64,000 nucleotides of DNA from the NCBI GenBank assembly GCA_036679605.1, contig JAZDCZ010000427.1, forward strand, positions 1 to 64,000. Direction: 5' to 3'. This stretch comes from Gemmatimonadota bacterium. GTDB taxonomy: Bacteria; Gemmatimonadota; Gemmatimonadetes; Gemmatimonadales; GWC2-71-9. A program made the translations under genes and the position numbers. Positions 19,788 to 28,809 of the stretch are shown here, one piece after another; within the stretch, counting starts at the first letter, position 1, and the number at the start of each line of letters is the position of its first letter. The notes under the pieces are model-generated. The model searched no databases and was not told the origin of the DNA. It saw only the letters and a program-made list of their open reading frames with translations.

Positions 19788-22778
19788 CTACCTCCTCACC
19801 GGCCCGAGATAGTTGTCCAACCAGGCCAGAGTCTCCTTGATAAACTCGGTTCTAGGTGGGATGTGGTCGGTGTCGTAGAAAATTAGCCGCTTGTCTTCCG
19901 CCGGGGTTCCGAGAAGGTCGAACATGGGCTTGACCTGCCCCTCGATGTCCACAAGGTTGTCGTGCTTGCCGTTCAACATCAGGGTCGGCGTCCTGACCCG
20001 GGTCACATAGTTGAGGCCACGGATCTCGGGCCTTCCGCGCCCCTTCCCAAAGCTCCCCGCCACCAGGACACTGGCGCCGAGGCGGTCCTCCACCGCCGGA
20101 ATGTAGGCCCCGAGCGCCCCTCCCCAGCTTATGCCGTAATAGGCGAGCCTCCCGCCGTCGATATCCGGACGCGTCTCCAGGTAATCGATGCTTCGCCTGA
20201 AATCCTTGATCAACTGGACCATGTACTCGATTTGGGCATAAGACCCACGAGGGATGGCTGCCAGAGCCGGACTTCCGCGCTCGAAGGTCCCCTTGTAGAC
20301 GGGATAGAGGACGGCCCGGCCGTTCCTCACCAGGAACGAGAGGAACATGGGGAACTCGTAGTAGCTCTCCAGGTCTTGGCTCGATGCCATCTGCCTGGAA
20401 GCGCCTCCGGGGAAGTAGATGACCGTCTGGAAGGGAGGAGCCGCGTTGGCGGGGAGGAAGAGGTAGGCCAGGACTCGCTCGCCGCCGTAGGCGGCGTCGA
20501 AGGAGACTTTCTCCCGGATCCACCCTCCCGGGCTTTCCAGCCGGTACTCCACGCGGGAGTTTAGATCCGTCGCGTCGTAGGAGAACTGCTCCCTGTAGAC
20601 CTCGAAGACGGCATCGGAAACCGGCTGCTCCGTGCGGAAGTCGTGGGGCTCACCGAGACGTTGGAAACCGAACGCCGCATCGGGCACCGTCCCGGGGTCG
20701 GGATAGACAGCCAACCGGAACCCGTTCCTGGCAGAACGATCCATGGGTCGCGCCTGCCGACGAGTGCCAAACTCGTAGGCATTGTCGTTCCAGGCGCCGC
20801 CTCGGATGACCCTTCCTACCGGGGTCTCGTTCCAGCACCACTCCCTCACGTTCCCCGCCAGGTCGTAGGCCCCATAAGCCGTGATGCCCAGGAGGCTTCC
20901 CACCGGAACCGGAGCTTGGCCCCCGAAGTTGGTGAATGGAGCCAGAAGGCCGAAGCCTCCGAGTTGGGGGTACTGAATCATAGGGGTGAAGGCTCCTCGT
21001 GCCACGTTCCAATGGACGGCTGAGGGAAGGGTCATCCCGGCGTACTCGGCATACGCCGCCGCTTCGTACCAGCTCACTCCGGAAACCGGATGCTCGTCCT
21101 GTCCCTGTGGATAGTCTCCTCCCATCCAAGTGGAGGGACCTGGTTGGTCAGACGGATCCACAAATTCCTTCATCGCAGCGTCCCAGGAGATCTCCCGTCC
21201 GTCCCTCACGAACGGATGCTTCCAGTACTCCCTGGTCCTGTACCCGCCGGCGTCTACGAACTCCTTATACTCCCGGTTATTGACCTCGTACCGGCCGATG
21301 AAGAAGTCACCCAGGGTCCCGACGGCGGTTTCCGTGGCCTGCACCCGCACCATCCCCGGCGGAGCGCTCCCCTCTTCGTCCAGCGTTCGGACGAGATCGT
21401 AGGAGGACACACTGTCTGGCTTGCCCGCCGCATTTCCCATGTCCCAGCTGGATGCGGCGGCCAGGACGGTCTCGTACCCTTCCTTCTCGAGCTTCCACCG
21501 GAAGATCCCAATTGGCACCCGGACTTTTTCGAGGGGTGAGGTCCCCATGTAGGTCCACTCCGCTTCGGGATGTTCGTACTCCTTCACATAAACACTGGCT
21601 CCGGGGGGGTCTGTTATTACGTCTATCTTCAGGGCGACTTGGGAAAACAGATCTGCCAACTCCGGGTCGTCGCCGAGGATCGCTTCGGCCCGCTCGGCGA
21701 GACGATACGGCGCGACGAGGTTTCGCCACACGTCGTTCTCGCCGATGAGCCGCTCGATCTCGGGAATGGCTACTTCCCTGGCCCAGCGCACCTCCGCCTG
21801 GCGATTGAAGAACCAAACGGAAAACCAGGCCAAAGCGATAAACGCCAACACCGTGGGCAGTGCCACGACCGGGCGACGAAGCTGTCGCCATAACGCACCA
21901 AGATTGAAAACGCCGGAGACCTCTGCGGCAGGGTGCCGAATGCCGTCGATCTCGGCGAGCAACTCAGTGGCGGTCTGGTATCTCTCGGCCGGTTGCTTCG
22001 CTAAACATCGCAGAATCAACTGAGCAAGGTCCTCGGAAATGTCCTCGTTGACCTCCCGCGGATTCTGTGGTGCATCAACCTGATGCTGCATAGCGACTGC
22101 AAGAGGAGTGGGACCTTCAAACGGTGGCCGACCCGTAGTCATCTCAAACAGGAGGCAGCCCAACGCATAGATGTCCGACCGCCCATCGATGGCACCACCC
22201 TCAATCTGTTCCGGGCTCATGTACGTCGGCGTGCCTAATGACAGTCCAGCTTCGGTGAGTCGATCACCATGTGCTGCCGTTACAGCCAGCGCGATACCGA
22301 AATCAGCCACCACCGCATGACCTTCGCGCAATAAGATGTTCTCGGGTTTGATATCCCTATGGATCAAGTCATGCCGATGTGCCGAGCCGAGCGCGTCGGC
22401 TACCTCGCTCGCGAGGTCGAGGGCGTCATCGATGGGTAGGCGCGTTTCGCGGTTCAGGCGGCCTCTAAGTGATTCACCCTCCACATAGGGCATGACATAG
22501 TAGAGGATGGCGGTAGTTTGTTCTTCCACGCAGCCCGAGTCCAGAAGTGGCAGGATGTGCGCGTGATTGAGGTTGGCGGTGATTCTTATCTCGCGGAGGA
22601 AACGCTCGGCGCCAATCGCGGCAGCGAGTTCGGGCCGCAATACTTTGACCGCGACCTCGCGATCGTGCTTTACGTCATGGGCAAGGTAAACGGTAGCCAT
22701 GCCACCTTCACCCAAGTGGCGTTCGATCCGATAGCGGTCGGCTATGGCGGTCTTAAGGCGCTCCAACAGGTCAGCCAT
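19788..22778 (-). CDS. Ser/Thr protein kinase fused via a TM helix to FGE-sulfatase-like and alpha/beta-hydrolase domains
   Basis: Kinase motifs LGEGGMA, HRDIKPEN and DFG. FGE-like HPVSGVSWYEA..GNVREW. Hydrolase GISWGG. Confidence 0.9.
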   Translation of the reverse strand: MADLLERLKTAIADRYRIERHLGEGGMATVYLAHDVKHDREVAVKVLRPELAAAIGAERFLREIRITANLNHAHILPLLDSGCVEEQTTAILYYVMPYVEGESLRGRLNRETRLPIDDALDLASEVADALGSAHRHDLIHRDIKPENILLREGHAVVADFGIALAVTAAHGDRLTEAGLSLGTPTYMSPEQIEGGAIDGRSDIYALGCLLFEMTTGRPPFEGPTPLAVAMQHQVDAPQNPREVNEDISEDLAQLILRCLAKQPAERYQTATELLAEIDGIRHPAAEVSGVFNLGALWRQLRRPVVALPTVLAFIALAWFSVWFFNRQAEVRWAREVAIPEIERLIGENDVWRNLVAPYRLAERAEAILGDDPELADLFSQVALKIDVITDPPGASVYVKEYEHPEAEWTYMGTSPLEKVRVPIGIFRWKLEKEGYETVLAAASSWDMGNAAGKPDSVSSYDLVRTLDEEGSAPPGMVRVQATETAVGTLGDFFIGRYEVNNREYKEFVDAGGYRTREYWKHPFVRDGREISWDAAMKEFVDPSDQPGPSTWMGGDYPQGQDEHPVSGVSWYEAAAYAEYAGMTLPSAVHWNVARGAFTPMIQYPQLGGFGLLAPFTNFGGQAPVPVGSLLGITAYGAYDLAGNVREWCWNETPVGRVIRGGAWNDNAYEFGTRRQARPMDRSARNGFRLAVYPDPGTVPDAAFGFQRLGEPHDFRTEQPVSDAVFEVYREQFSYDATDLNSRVEYRLESPGGWIREKVSFDAAYGGERVLAYLFLPANAAPPFQTVIYFPGGASRQMASSQDLESYYEFPMFLSFLVRNGRAVLYPVYKGTFERGSPALAAIPRGSYAQIEYMVQLIKDFRRSIDYLETRPDIDGGRLAYYGISWGGALGAYIPAVEDRLGASVLVAGSFGKGRGRPEIRGLNYVTRVRTPTLMLNGKHDNLVDIEGQVKPMFDLLGTPAEDKRLIFYDTDHIPPRTEFIKETLAWLDNYLGPVRR

Positions 22779-22936
22779 GCGACAAGCTCCCCCGTGGTCC
22801 CTAGACTAAGCTACGCTTCGCTGGAGGGGCTGTCGAGTGCCCGGTTGATGTGAGAGAGATGGAGATTCGCCGTGGTCGTGATCTCGGTCATCACTCCGTG
22901 AACCGGACCGTCACCGATGTCCTGATTGCTATTTTT

Positions 22937-22976
22937 TTGACTTGATTCGTCAGAAATATATTATATATTTACTGAC
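22937..22976 (+). promoter_or_regulatory. Putative sigma70 promoter with overlapping operator palindrome for the AbiE-type TA operon
   Basis: TTGACT (22937) with TATTAT (22959). Imperfect inverted repeat GTCAGAAATATA / TATATTTACTGAC at 22949-22976. Confidence 0.55.
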
Positions 22977-22996
22977 ATAAAAGGAGCCATCTAACC

Positions 22997-23602
22997 ATGT
23001 ATTCTATTCCAAATAAGGTACTTAGCAGAATTCGCAGAAACGGCCGTGGTTGGGTTTTCTCTGCCAAGGATTTCCTCGATCTAGGAAGTAGGGCAGCAGT
23101 CGACCAGGCTTTGTCACGGCTATCAAGGGTTGGTAGCGTCCGCAGGTTGCGGCGGGGGCTGTACGATTTCCCCCGTCAGAGCCGGCGTCTGGGAGTACTT
23201 TTGCCCGCGTCAGACGCAGTAGCTAGAGCAATCGCCGTCAAGACGAACAGTAAAATCCAACCTTCTGGTGCTTTGGCTGCCAACTTGCTTGGTGTCTCTA
23301 CACAAGTTCCAGCAAGGCCGGTTTTCCTAACCGACGGTCCGAGCAAGAAAGTGAAGATTGGAAGTCGAACATTCGTGTTGCGACATCGCGACCCCCGCTA
23401 CCTAAAGGTCGACGGTGCTGCTGGTTTGGCACTCCGGACCATTAAGTATCTAGGTAAGAACGGTGTAGACGATGGAGTCATTCAAAAGCTGCGTAGTACT
23501 CTCTCCCGTCAGGACAGAGCCAAGTTGCAACAGAGTGTTATTCACTTCCCTAGCTGGATGGCGCCGGTAGTTGGAAGAATCACACAACACGCACCAGCTT
23601 AA
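22997..23602 (+). CDS. Type IV TA antitoxin (AbiEi-like, DUF6088-type)
   Basis: VFSAKDFLDLGSRAAVDQALSRL...RGLY...SGALAANLLGVSTQVP, directly upstream of an AbiEii-like toxin. Confidence 0.85.
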   Translation: MYSIPNKVLSRIRRNGRGWVFSAKDFLDLGSRAAVDQALSRLSRVGSVRRLRRGLYDFPRQSRRLGVLLPASDAVARAIAVKTNSKIQPSGALAANLLGVSTQVPARPVFLTDGPSKKVKIGSRTFVLRHRDPRYLKVDGAAGLALRTIKYLGKNGVDDGVIQKLRSTLSRQDRAKLQQSVIHFPSWMAPVVGRITQHAPA

Positions 23603-23613
23603 CGAAGAAATTC

Positions 23614-24633
23614 GTGGATCAACTAGCGCAAGCTAAATCGGGGGAGCGGGCGGAGCTATTCCAAGAAACCGCCGCGCGGATGGGAATCTCTTCTCTTCTC
23701 GTGGAGAAGGACTTTTGGATCTGTTGGATCCTGAAAGCAGTCTTCGAGTTGGAAAACCAACCTGGCTTGATATTCAAAGGCGGTACATCACTTTCAAAGG
23801 TCTTTGGGTTGATTGACCGCCTTTCTGAGGACGTTGACCTCGCCTTCGACCGCGCGGACTTGGGTTTTGGAGGGGACAAAGATCCAGAACAAGCGCCGAG
23901 TAGGAAAAAAGCCAACAGGCTGATAGACGAGCTGAAAGCCGCCTGTACCCATCACATCACAGACAAGTTCCTCCCAGCCCTGAGAAAGCGGCTTCAAGAT
24001 TCTCTTTCCCCCGGATGGGAACTCCGACAGGACCATTCCGAGCCACAGACTCTGAACTTCGCTTATCCCCAGGATCTTGAGCTTCAAGAGACATCCTACA
24101 TCGCCCGGGAAGTGCGTCTGGAACTTGGAGCAAGATCAGACCACTGGCCTTCATGTGCAGGATCGGTACGGCCGTATGTGGCCGAGCATTTCCCAGGGGC
24201 GCTCAGAGTGTCAACAACTACAGTCAACACACTTGAGGCGCGGAGAACATTCTGGGAGAAAGCGACGCTACTGCACGCGATGTACCACCGTCCAGAACCA
24301 GAGAAGTACGTGTCTCGACAGTCCCGCCACTACTACGACCTGGCACGCCTAGCAGCATCCCGTACCCGGAACGAGGCCTTGGGCGATCTGTCTTTGTTGG
24401 AGCGAGTGATCCTGCACAAGACCAAGTACTTCCCAAGTGGGTGGTCAAACTACGACTCAGCCAGGCCCGGGTCACTACGGCTCGTTCCAGGTGATCCACT
24501 CGCGAGGCTGCTTCGACGTGACTACGAATCGATGGAAGAGATGTTCATGAATCCTCCCCCATCGTTCGCAGAGCTAATCACAACGCTTAGGGTATTAGAG
24601 GACGAGATCAACCAATCGGTAGCGCCTGATTAG
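23614..24633 (+). CDS. Type IV TA toxin, AbiEii/AbiGii nucleotidyltransferase
   Basis: VEKDFW, FKGGTSLSK, RLSEDVDL, RTFWEKATLLH and SRHYYD. Confidence 0.9.
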   Translation: MDQLAQAKSGERAELFQETAARMGISSLLVEKDFWICWILKAVFELENQPGLIFKGGTSLSKVFGLIDRLSEDVDLAFDRADLGFGGDKDPEQAPSRKKANRLIDELKAACTHHITDKFLPALRKRLQDSLSPGWELRQDHSEPQTLNFAYPQDLELQETSYIAREVRLELGARSDHWPSCAGSVRPYVAEHFPGALRVSTTTVNTLEARRTFWEKATLLHAMYHRPEPEKYVSRQSRHYYDLARLAASRTRNEALGDLSLLERVILHKTKYFPSGWSNYDSARPGSLRLVPGDPLARLLRRDYESMEEMFMNPPPSFAELITTLRVLEDEINQSVAPD

Positions 24634-24747
24634 TCGATTGCCGATCACAGGTGGCCACGTGAACATGCCCCGTGAGGGCGCTTCTGATCTTTTCCTCGGC
24701 TCGCTTGACTTTGCCGTCGACGCCGAGGAAGATCGCCTGCATGCTCG

Positions 24748-24885
24748 TTAGATCGGGCCCCTCCGAGTGACGCGCGTCAACCCGCGCCAGGCCTTCATCG
24801 TTCCTTCCCAGACACAGGAGAGTTCGCGCTCAATCGTATACTCTTCGGCCAGGGCGTCCCGCAAACGCGTCAGTTCATCGCTCAC
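24748..24885 (-). pseudogene. Relic N-terminus of a Ser/Thr kinase gene
   Basis: Translates VSDELTRLRDALAEEYTIEREL, matching the kinase start at 22778 (MADLLERLKTAIADRYRIERHL). Similarity is lost before the Gly-rich loop. Confidence 0.55.
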
Positions 24886-25021
24886 ATCGCCCCAAAATAT
24901 CAGTCGGCGCCATTTTCGCGAGCCGTTACACTCACTGGATCATCAGCTCAGTCTCAAGTGGGCCCGCCTTCTTCCTTCTCGCGATAGGGCTGGAGGTACC
25001 ACCCCGCACTTCAGAAAACGG

Positions 25022-25064
25022 TTGACCCTCCAATATATAGTCATTATGATCTATATGACTATAT
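25022..25064 (+). promoter_or_regulatory. sigma70 promoter and operator of the Phd-VapC operon
   Basis: TTGACC-17 bp-TATGAT. The perfect 10-bp inverted repeat ATATAGTCAT (25035) / ATGACTATAT (25055) flanks the -10. Confidence 0.75.
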
Positions 25065-25078
25065 TGGGAGTCCGCGTG

Positions 25079-25360
25079 ATGTCTAAAAAGAGCATGTCGG
25101 TCGCTGAGGCGAAAGCAACCTTCTCCGCATGTGTGCGGCGCGCCGAGGTCGGTCGGTCGCTACTCATCACTCGGCACGGCAAGGCCGTCGCTGCTCTGGT
25201 TAGACCCGAGGACTTAGAGCAGATCGAAAGGATGCGGGCCGCTGGTCCGGAGGGTGGGCTTGCAAATCTGGTGGGCGGTTGGGAGGGATCAGACGAGCTG
25301 GTCGACGTGCTCAATGACTCGCGTCGATCCGCTGCTAGAGATGTCCCTGACCTGGGCTAA
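25079..25360 (+). CDS. Phd/YefM-family antitoxin
   Basis: MSVAEAKATFSACVRRAEVG..LLITRHGKAVAALV. Start reassigned to ATG 25079. Confidence 0.88.
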   Translation: MSKKSMSVAEAKATFSACVRRAEVGRSLLITRHGKAVAALVRPEDLEQIERMRAAGPEGGLANLVGGWEGSDELVDVLNDSRRSAARDVPDLG

Positions 25361-25366
25361 CCGGCG

Positions 25367-25792
25367 GTGGCCTACCTCTTTGACACCGACGCAGTTTCAG
25401 AAGTATTGCGGTCCCAACCAAGTTTTCACTACGTGGAGTGGCTACGGACCATTCCACGCGACGAGCAATTCACTAGCGCTGTCGTTGTCGGCGAACTGTA
25501 TAAGGGAGCGTTCCGTTCGATAGACAGTGAGCGCCATCTCGCCAACATTGAGCAGCGAGTTCTCCCTGCTGTAATCGTTCTTCCCTACCACGTGGCCACG
25601 GCGCGCGTCTTCGGAGAAATTCGGGCCCGGCTCAAAGAATCCGGCAACATTCTTCCGGACGCCGATCTCCAGATCGCGGCCACGGCACTATGTCACAACC
25701 TGGAGTTGGTGACGGGGAATGTCAGACACTTCAAACGGATTTCGGAGCTGAAGATCAATCCTATTCTCGAGCGGTCCCGCCGGTCGCGCTAA
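25367..25792 (+). CDS. vapC: VapC-family PIN-domain toxin
   Basis: YLFDTDAVSE...VVGELY...DADLQIAATAL...LVTGNVRHF. Confidence 0.9.
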   Translation: MAYLFDTDAVSEVLRSQPSFHYVEWLRTIPRDEQFTSAVVVGELYKGAFRSIDSERHLANIEQRVLPAVIVLPYHVATARVFGEIRARLKESGNILPDADLQIAATALCHNLELVTGNVRHFKRISELKINPILERSRRSR

Positions 25793-25818
25793 TTCGCTGG
25801 TCGGAAATTCGGTCACGC

Positions 25819-27066
25819 TCAGTGGATCATCAACTCCAGTCTTGAGTGCGCCTCCCTGACAGCCAGCTCAACTTCTTCCGGTGTCTCGCCACGAGCAAAG
25901 ATGAAACCCGGATAGCGCGATTCCTCGGGCAGCGGCACGAGCCGCTGTCCCCGGTGGGCGGTGATGATCACGTCGGTTACGAGCGACACGCCGAGTGCTT
26001 CCTCCACGCCGCGGACTTCCTGGAGCACCCCGGCCCTAGGAACAGGGATCATCATGACCGCCGCGGCCTGCTCCTCGCGCACATCAACTTCGCGGCAGAC
26101 TCCCAGCGCACGTGCCAACAGCAGCTGCTCCAGCGAAACCGACCCGTCCGGACCGAATCGCAATATCTGACCACACTTCCCGCCGATCGGCCGCGCCGCC
26201 AGTTCGATCAGCCACGCTCCGGCATCGTTGTGCCTCAGCTCCACATGAACCGGACCTCGCTCCAGACCCACCGCGCGTGCGGCGTTCGCCGCGCAATTTA
26301 CGAGATCCCGCTGAATGTCACTGTCGAACCGCGATGGCGTTACGTATATGGTCTCCTCGAAAAACGGTCCTTCCAACGGATCGGGCTTGTCGAACAACGC
26401 GAGCACTTGCAGTTCACCGTCTTTCAACGAGCCTTCCAGAGCAAACTCCGAACCCGGCACGTAGTCTTCAACCAGCACAGTGCCGGCCGTTGCGTTTGCG
26501 ACATCCGGCTGACGCAAGATCGCACGCAGCCGCGCGAAGGCTCGAGTGAACTCCCCCGGCCCGTTGGCCCGCATCACTCCCCTACTGGCGGACAATGCTA
26601 CGGGTTTGATGACACAGGGATATTTGACATGCTTTGATAGCACGCGTTCGTCGTCGTCCACGCTGTGAGCGGCAAAATTCGGAACTGGAACACCCGCAGT
26701 AGATAACACCGACCGCTGACGGTACTTGTCGCCGGCGGCTTCCACCGCTTCCACAGGGTTGTGCTCCAGCTTCAATGCCTGGCTTGCGTGCGCCGCCAGA
26801 ACCGCCGTCAGGTCATCCACGCCGAAGATCGCCGTAACGGGATGCTCGTCGGCGAACTTCACTACCTGACAGGTCGCACGTTCCGGGTCGCCGAAGTCGA
26901 GCGTGAGTAGCCGGTCGGGCTGTGAGCTGGAGAAGGTGCTGTCGTGCTCGGATGCGACGGTCAAATCAACGTCGAGCCTACGTGCAGCCTCGACGAACGC
27001 CTCTGCCCTGTAGGTGGTTGTGGGAAGGATGAGGAGAAGACGGGGTCTACCGCCACCTGGCGGCAT
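25819..27066 (-). CDS. ATP-grasp domain protein
   Basis: DKYRQR, YPCVIKPVALSASRGV, LVEDYVPG and IELAARPIGG. Confidence 0.85.
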   Translation of the reverse strand: MPPGGGRPRLLLILPTTTYRAEAFVEAARRLDVDLTVASEHDSTFSSSQPDRLLTLDFGDPERATCQVVKFADEHPVTAIFGVDDLTAVLAAHASQALKLEHNPVEAVEAAGDKYRQRSVLSTAGVPVPNFAAHSVDDDERVLSKHVKYPCVIKPVALSASRGVMRANGPGEFTRAFARLRAILRQPDVANATAGTVLVEDYVPGSEFALEGSLKDGELQVLALFDKPDPLEGPFFEETIYVTPSRFDSDIQRDLVNCAANAARAVGLERGPVHVELRHNDAGAWLIELAARPIGGKCGQILRFGPDGSVSLEQLLLARALGVCREVDVREEQAAAVMMIPVPRAGVLQEVRGVEEALGVSLVTDVIITAHRGQRLVPLPEESRYPGFIFARGETPEEVELAVREAHSRLELMIH

Positions 27067-27070
27067 CGAG

Positions 27071-27379
27071 CTACTTGGTTCCCGCTGCTATGTAGGGGTT
27101 GGTGCCCGCAGAGTGATCGGTTATGTCCTCTATGCCCTTTACAGCCGGAACGAGCCGCTTGAGCGACTCTTCGATACCCTGCCGCAATGTGACCGTCGCC
27201 ATGCCGCAACCCTGACAGCCGCCCATCATTCGCACGATGATGGTGGCGTCCTGAACGTCAATAAGCTCGATCTTGCCGCCGTGCTGGGCAACGGCCGGAT
27301 TGATCTCCGACTCGAACAGTGCGTCTACTTGCTCGAAGATCGTGTCGTCGTCTGGAGCGGCTTGCTTCAGATCCGTCAT
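27071..27379 (-). CDS. NifU/NfuA-like Fe-S carrier
   Basis: INPAVAQHGG, GGCQGCGMA and TDHSAGTNPY. Confidence 0.9.
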   Translation of the reverse strand: MTDLKQAAPDDDTIFEQVDALFESEINPAVAQHGGKIELIDVQDATIIVRMMGGCQGCGMATVTLRQGIEESLKRLVPAVKGIEDITDHSAGTNPYIAAGTK

Positions 27380-27388
27380 AGTCGAAAT

Positions 27389-28612
27389 CTAACCGGTCGC
27401 GGCTCGCGCCCCCACCCCAAGCACTTCCGCGGTCTTCTCCAACACCATCTTCAGAGCGTCCCGCTCCACAACCAGTGGCGGCGCAAACCGGATGACTTGC
27501 TCATGCGTCTCTTTCGCCAGGATACCCCGCTCCTGCAAGCCCTCACAGAATGGCCGTGCCGGACCGCTGGAATCTTTGATCACTACTCCGATCATGAGCC
27601 CTTTGCCACGCACTTCGGCTACGTGAGGCGAGTCGATGTTTCTGAGTTCGTCCATGAACCACTCACCGAGTTCACACGCCCGCTGAGGAAGGTGCTCATC
27701 GATCAAGACCTTCAAGGCCGCCCGCGCGATCGCCGCACCGAGTGGATTTCCGCCGAACGTGGATCCGTGATCTCCGGGGGCAAAAACGTCCATCACTTCT
27801 TCGTCCGCCAGCATCGCCGAGACGGGATAGACACCGCCGGCCAGGGCCTTGCCGACGATTAGGACGTCGGGACGCACATCCTCCCACTCGCAGCAAAACA
27901 TCTTGCCGGTGCGACCCAACCCCGTCTGAATCTCATCGGCCACAAGTAACACACAGTTCGACTTGCAGACTTCAGCCGCGTCGCGAAGATAGCCGTCCGG
28001 CGGTACGACCACACCGCCTTCTCCCTGCAGCGGCTCGACCAAGAACGCAGCGGTGTTTGGAGTTATGGCCGAGGCCAGTGCATCGACGTCACCGTAGGGG
28101 ATCAGCACAAACCCTGGAGTGAGCGGCCCGAAGCCTTCACGGTATGCCTCTTCGCTCGAGAACGAGATAACGGTCGTGGTGCGCCCGTGGAAATTGTTGT
28201 TGCACACGATGATCTCGGCCTGATTGTCGGGGATTCCCTTGACCCGGTAACCCCAACGGCGAACCGCTTTGATTGCGGTCTCGACCGCCTCGGCACCGGT
28301 GTTCATCGGCAGTGCCTTCTGATAGCCGGCCAGCTCGCACAATTCCCGCAGGAACGCACCCATCTGATCGTTGTGGAATGCCCGCGAAGTCAGCGTGAGT
28401 CGATCGAGCTGTTGCTTGGCTGCCTTGACGATGGCGGGGTGCCTGTGACCCTGGTTGACCGCGGAGTACGCCGCCAGGCAATCGAGATAGCGGTTTCCTT
28501 CCACATCCCAAACCCATGCCCCCTGCCCTCGCTCCAGCACGACGGAGAGGGGATGGTAGTTGTTGGCGCCGTACTTCTCAGCTTCGGACAGGTAATCGGC
28601 TGCCTCTGACAT
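27389..28612 (-). CDS. rocD: Ornithine--oxo-acid aminotransferase
   Basis: ANNYHPL, YSAVNQGH, LTSRAF, PMNTGAEAVETAIK, DEIQTGLGRTG and HGSTFGGNPL. Confidence 0.95.
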   Translation of the reverse strand: MSEAADYLSEAEKYGANNYHPLSVVLERGQGAWVWDVEGNRYLDCLAAYSAVNQGHRHPAIVKAAKQQLDRLTLTSRAFHNDQMGAFLRELCELAGYQKALPMNTGAEAVETAIKAVRRWGYRVKGIPDNQAEIIVCNNNFHGRTTTVISFSSEEAYREGFGPLTPGFVLIPYGDVDALASAITPNTAAFLVEPLQGEGGVVVPPDGYLRDAAEVCKSNCVLLVADEIQTGLGRTGKMFCCEWEDVRPDVLIVGKALAGGVYPVSAMLADEEVMDVFAPGDHGSTFGGNPLGAAIARAALKVLIDEHLPQRACELGEWFMDELRNIDSPHVAEVRGKGLMIGVVIKDSSGPARPFCEGLQERGILAKETHEQVIRFAPPLVVERDALKMVLEKTAEVLGVGARAATG

Positions 28613-28809
28613 GTCTTCACGCTCGCAGAAAATGAATGATGTTATTCGGCTGCGGACCCGGACGGCCGGCGGAACTTACCCCAAGACTTGCGCCGCCCCG
28701 TCATGTGGTTTGGTTTCAGGTCTGGTAGGCACAGCCCCTCACTCAACGTACCAGTACGACGGCTCTTAGTAAACTACGCTCACACTTTTCTCTTCAGGGA
28801 GATACGAAA

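Noticed and set aside
24767..25078. Long N-terminal extension of the Phd antitoxin shown in the ORF track
   Set aside because: It runs through the promoter/operator. Family similarity begins at ATG 25079.
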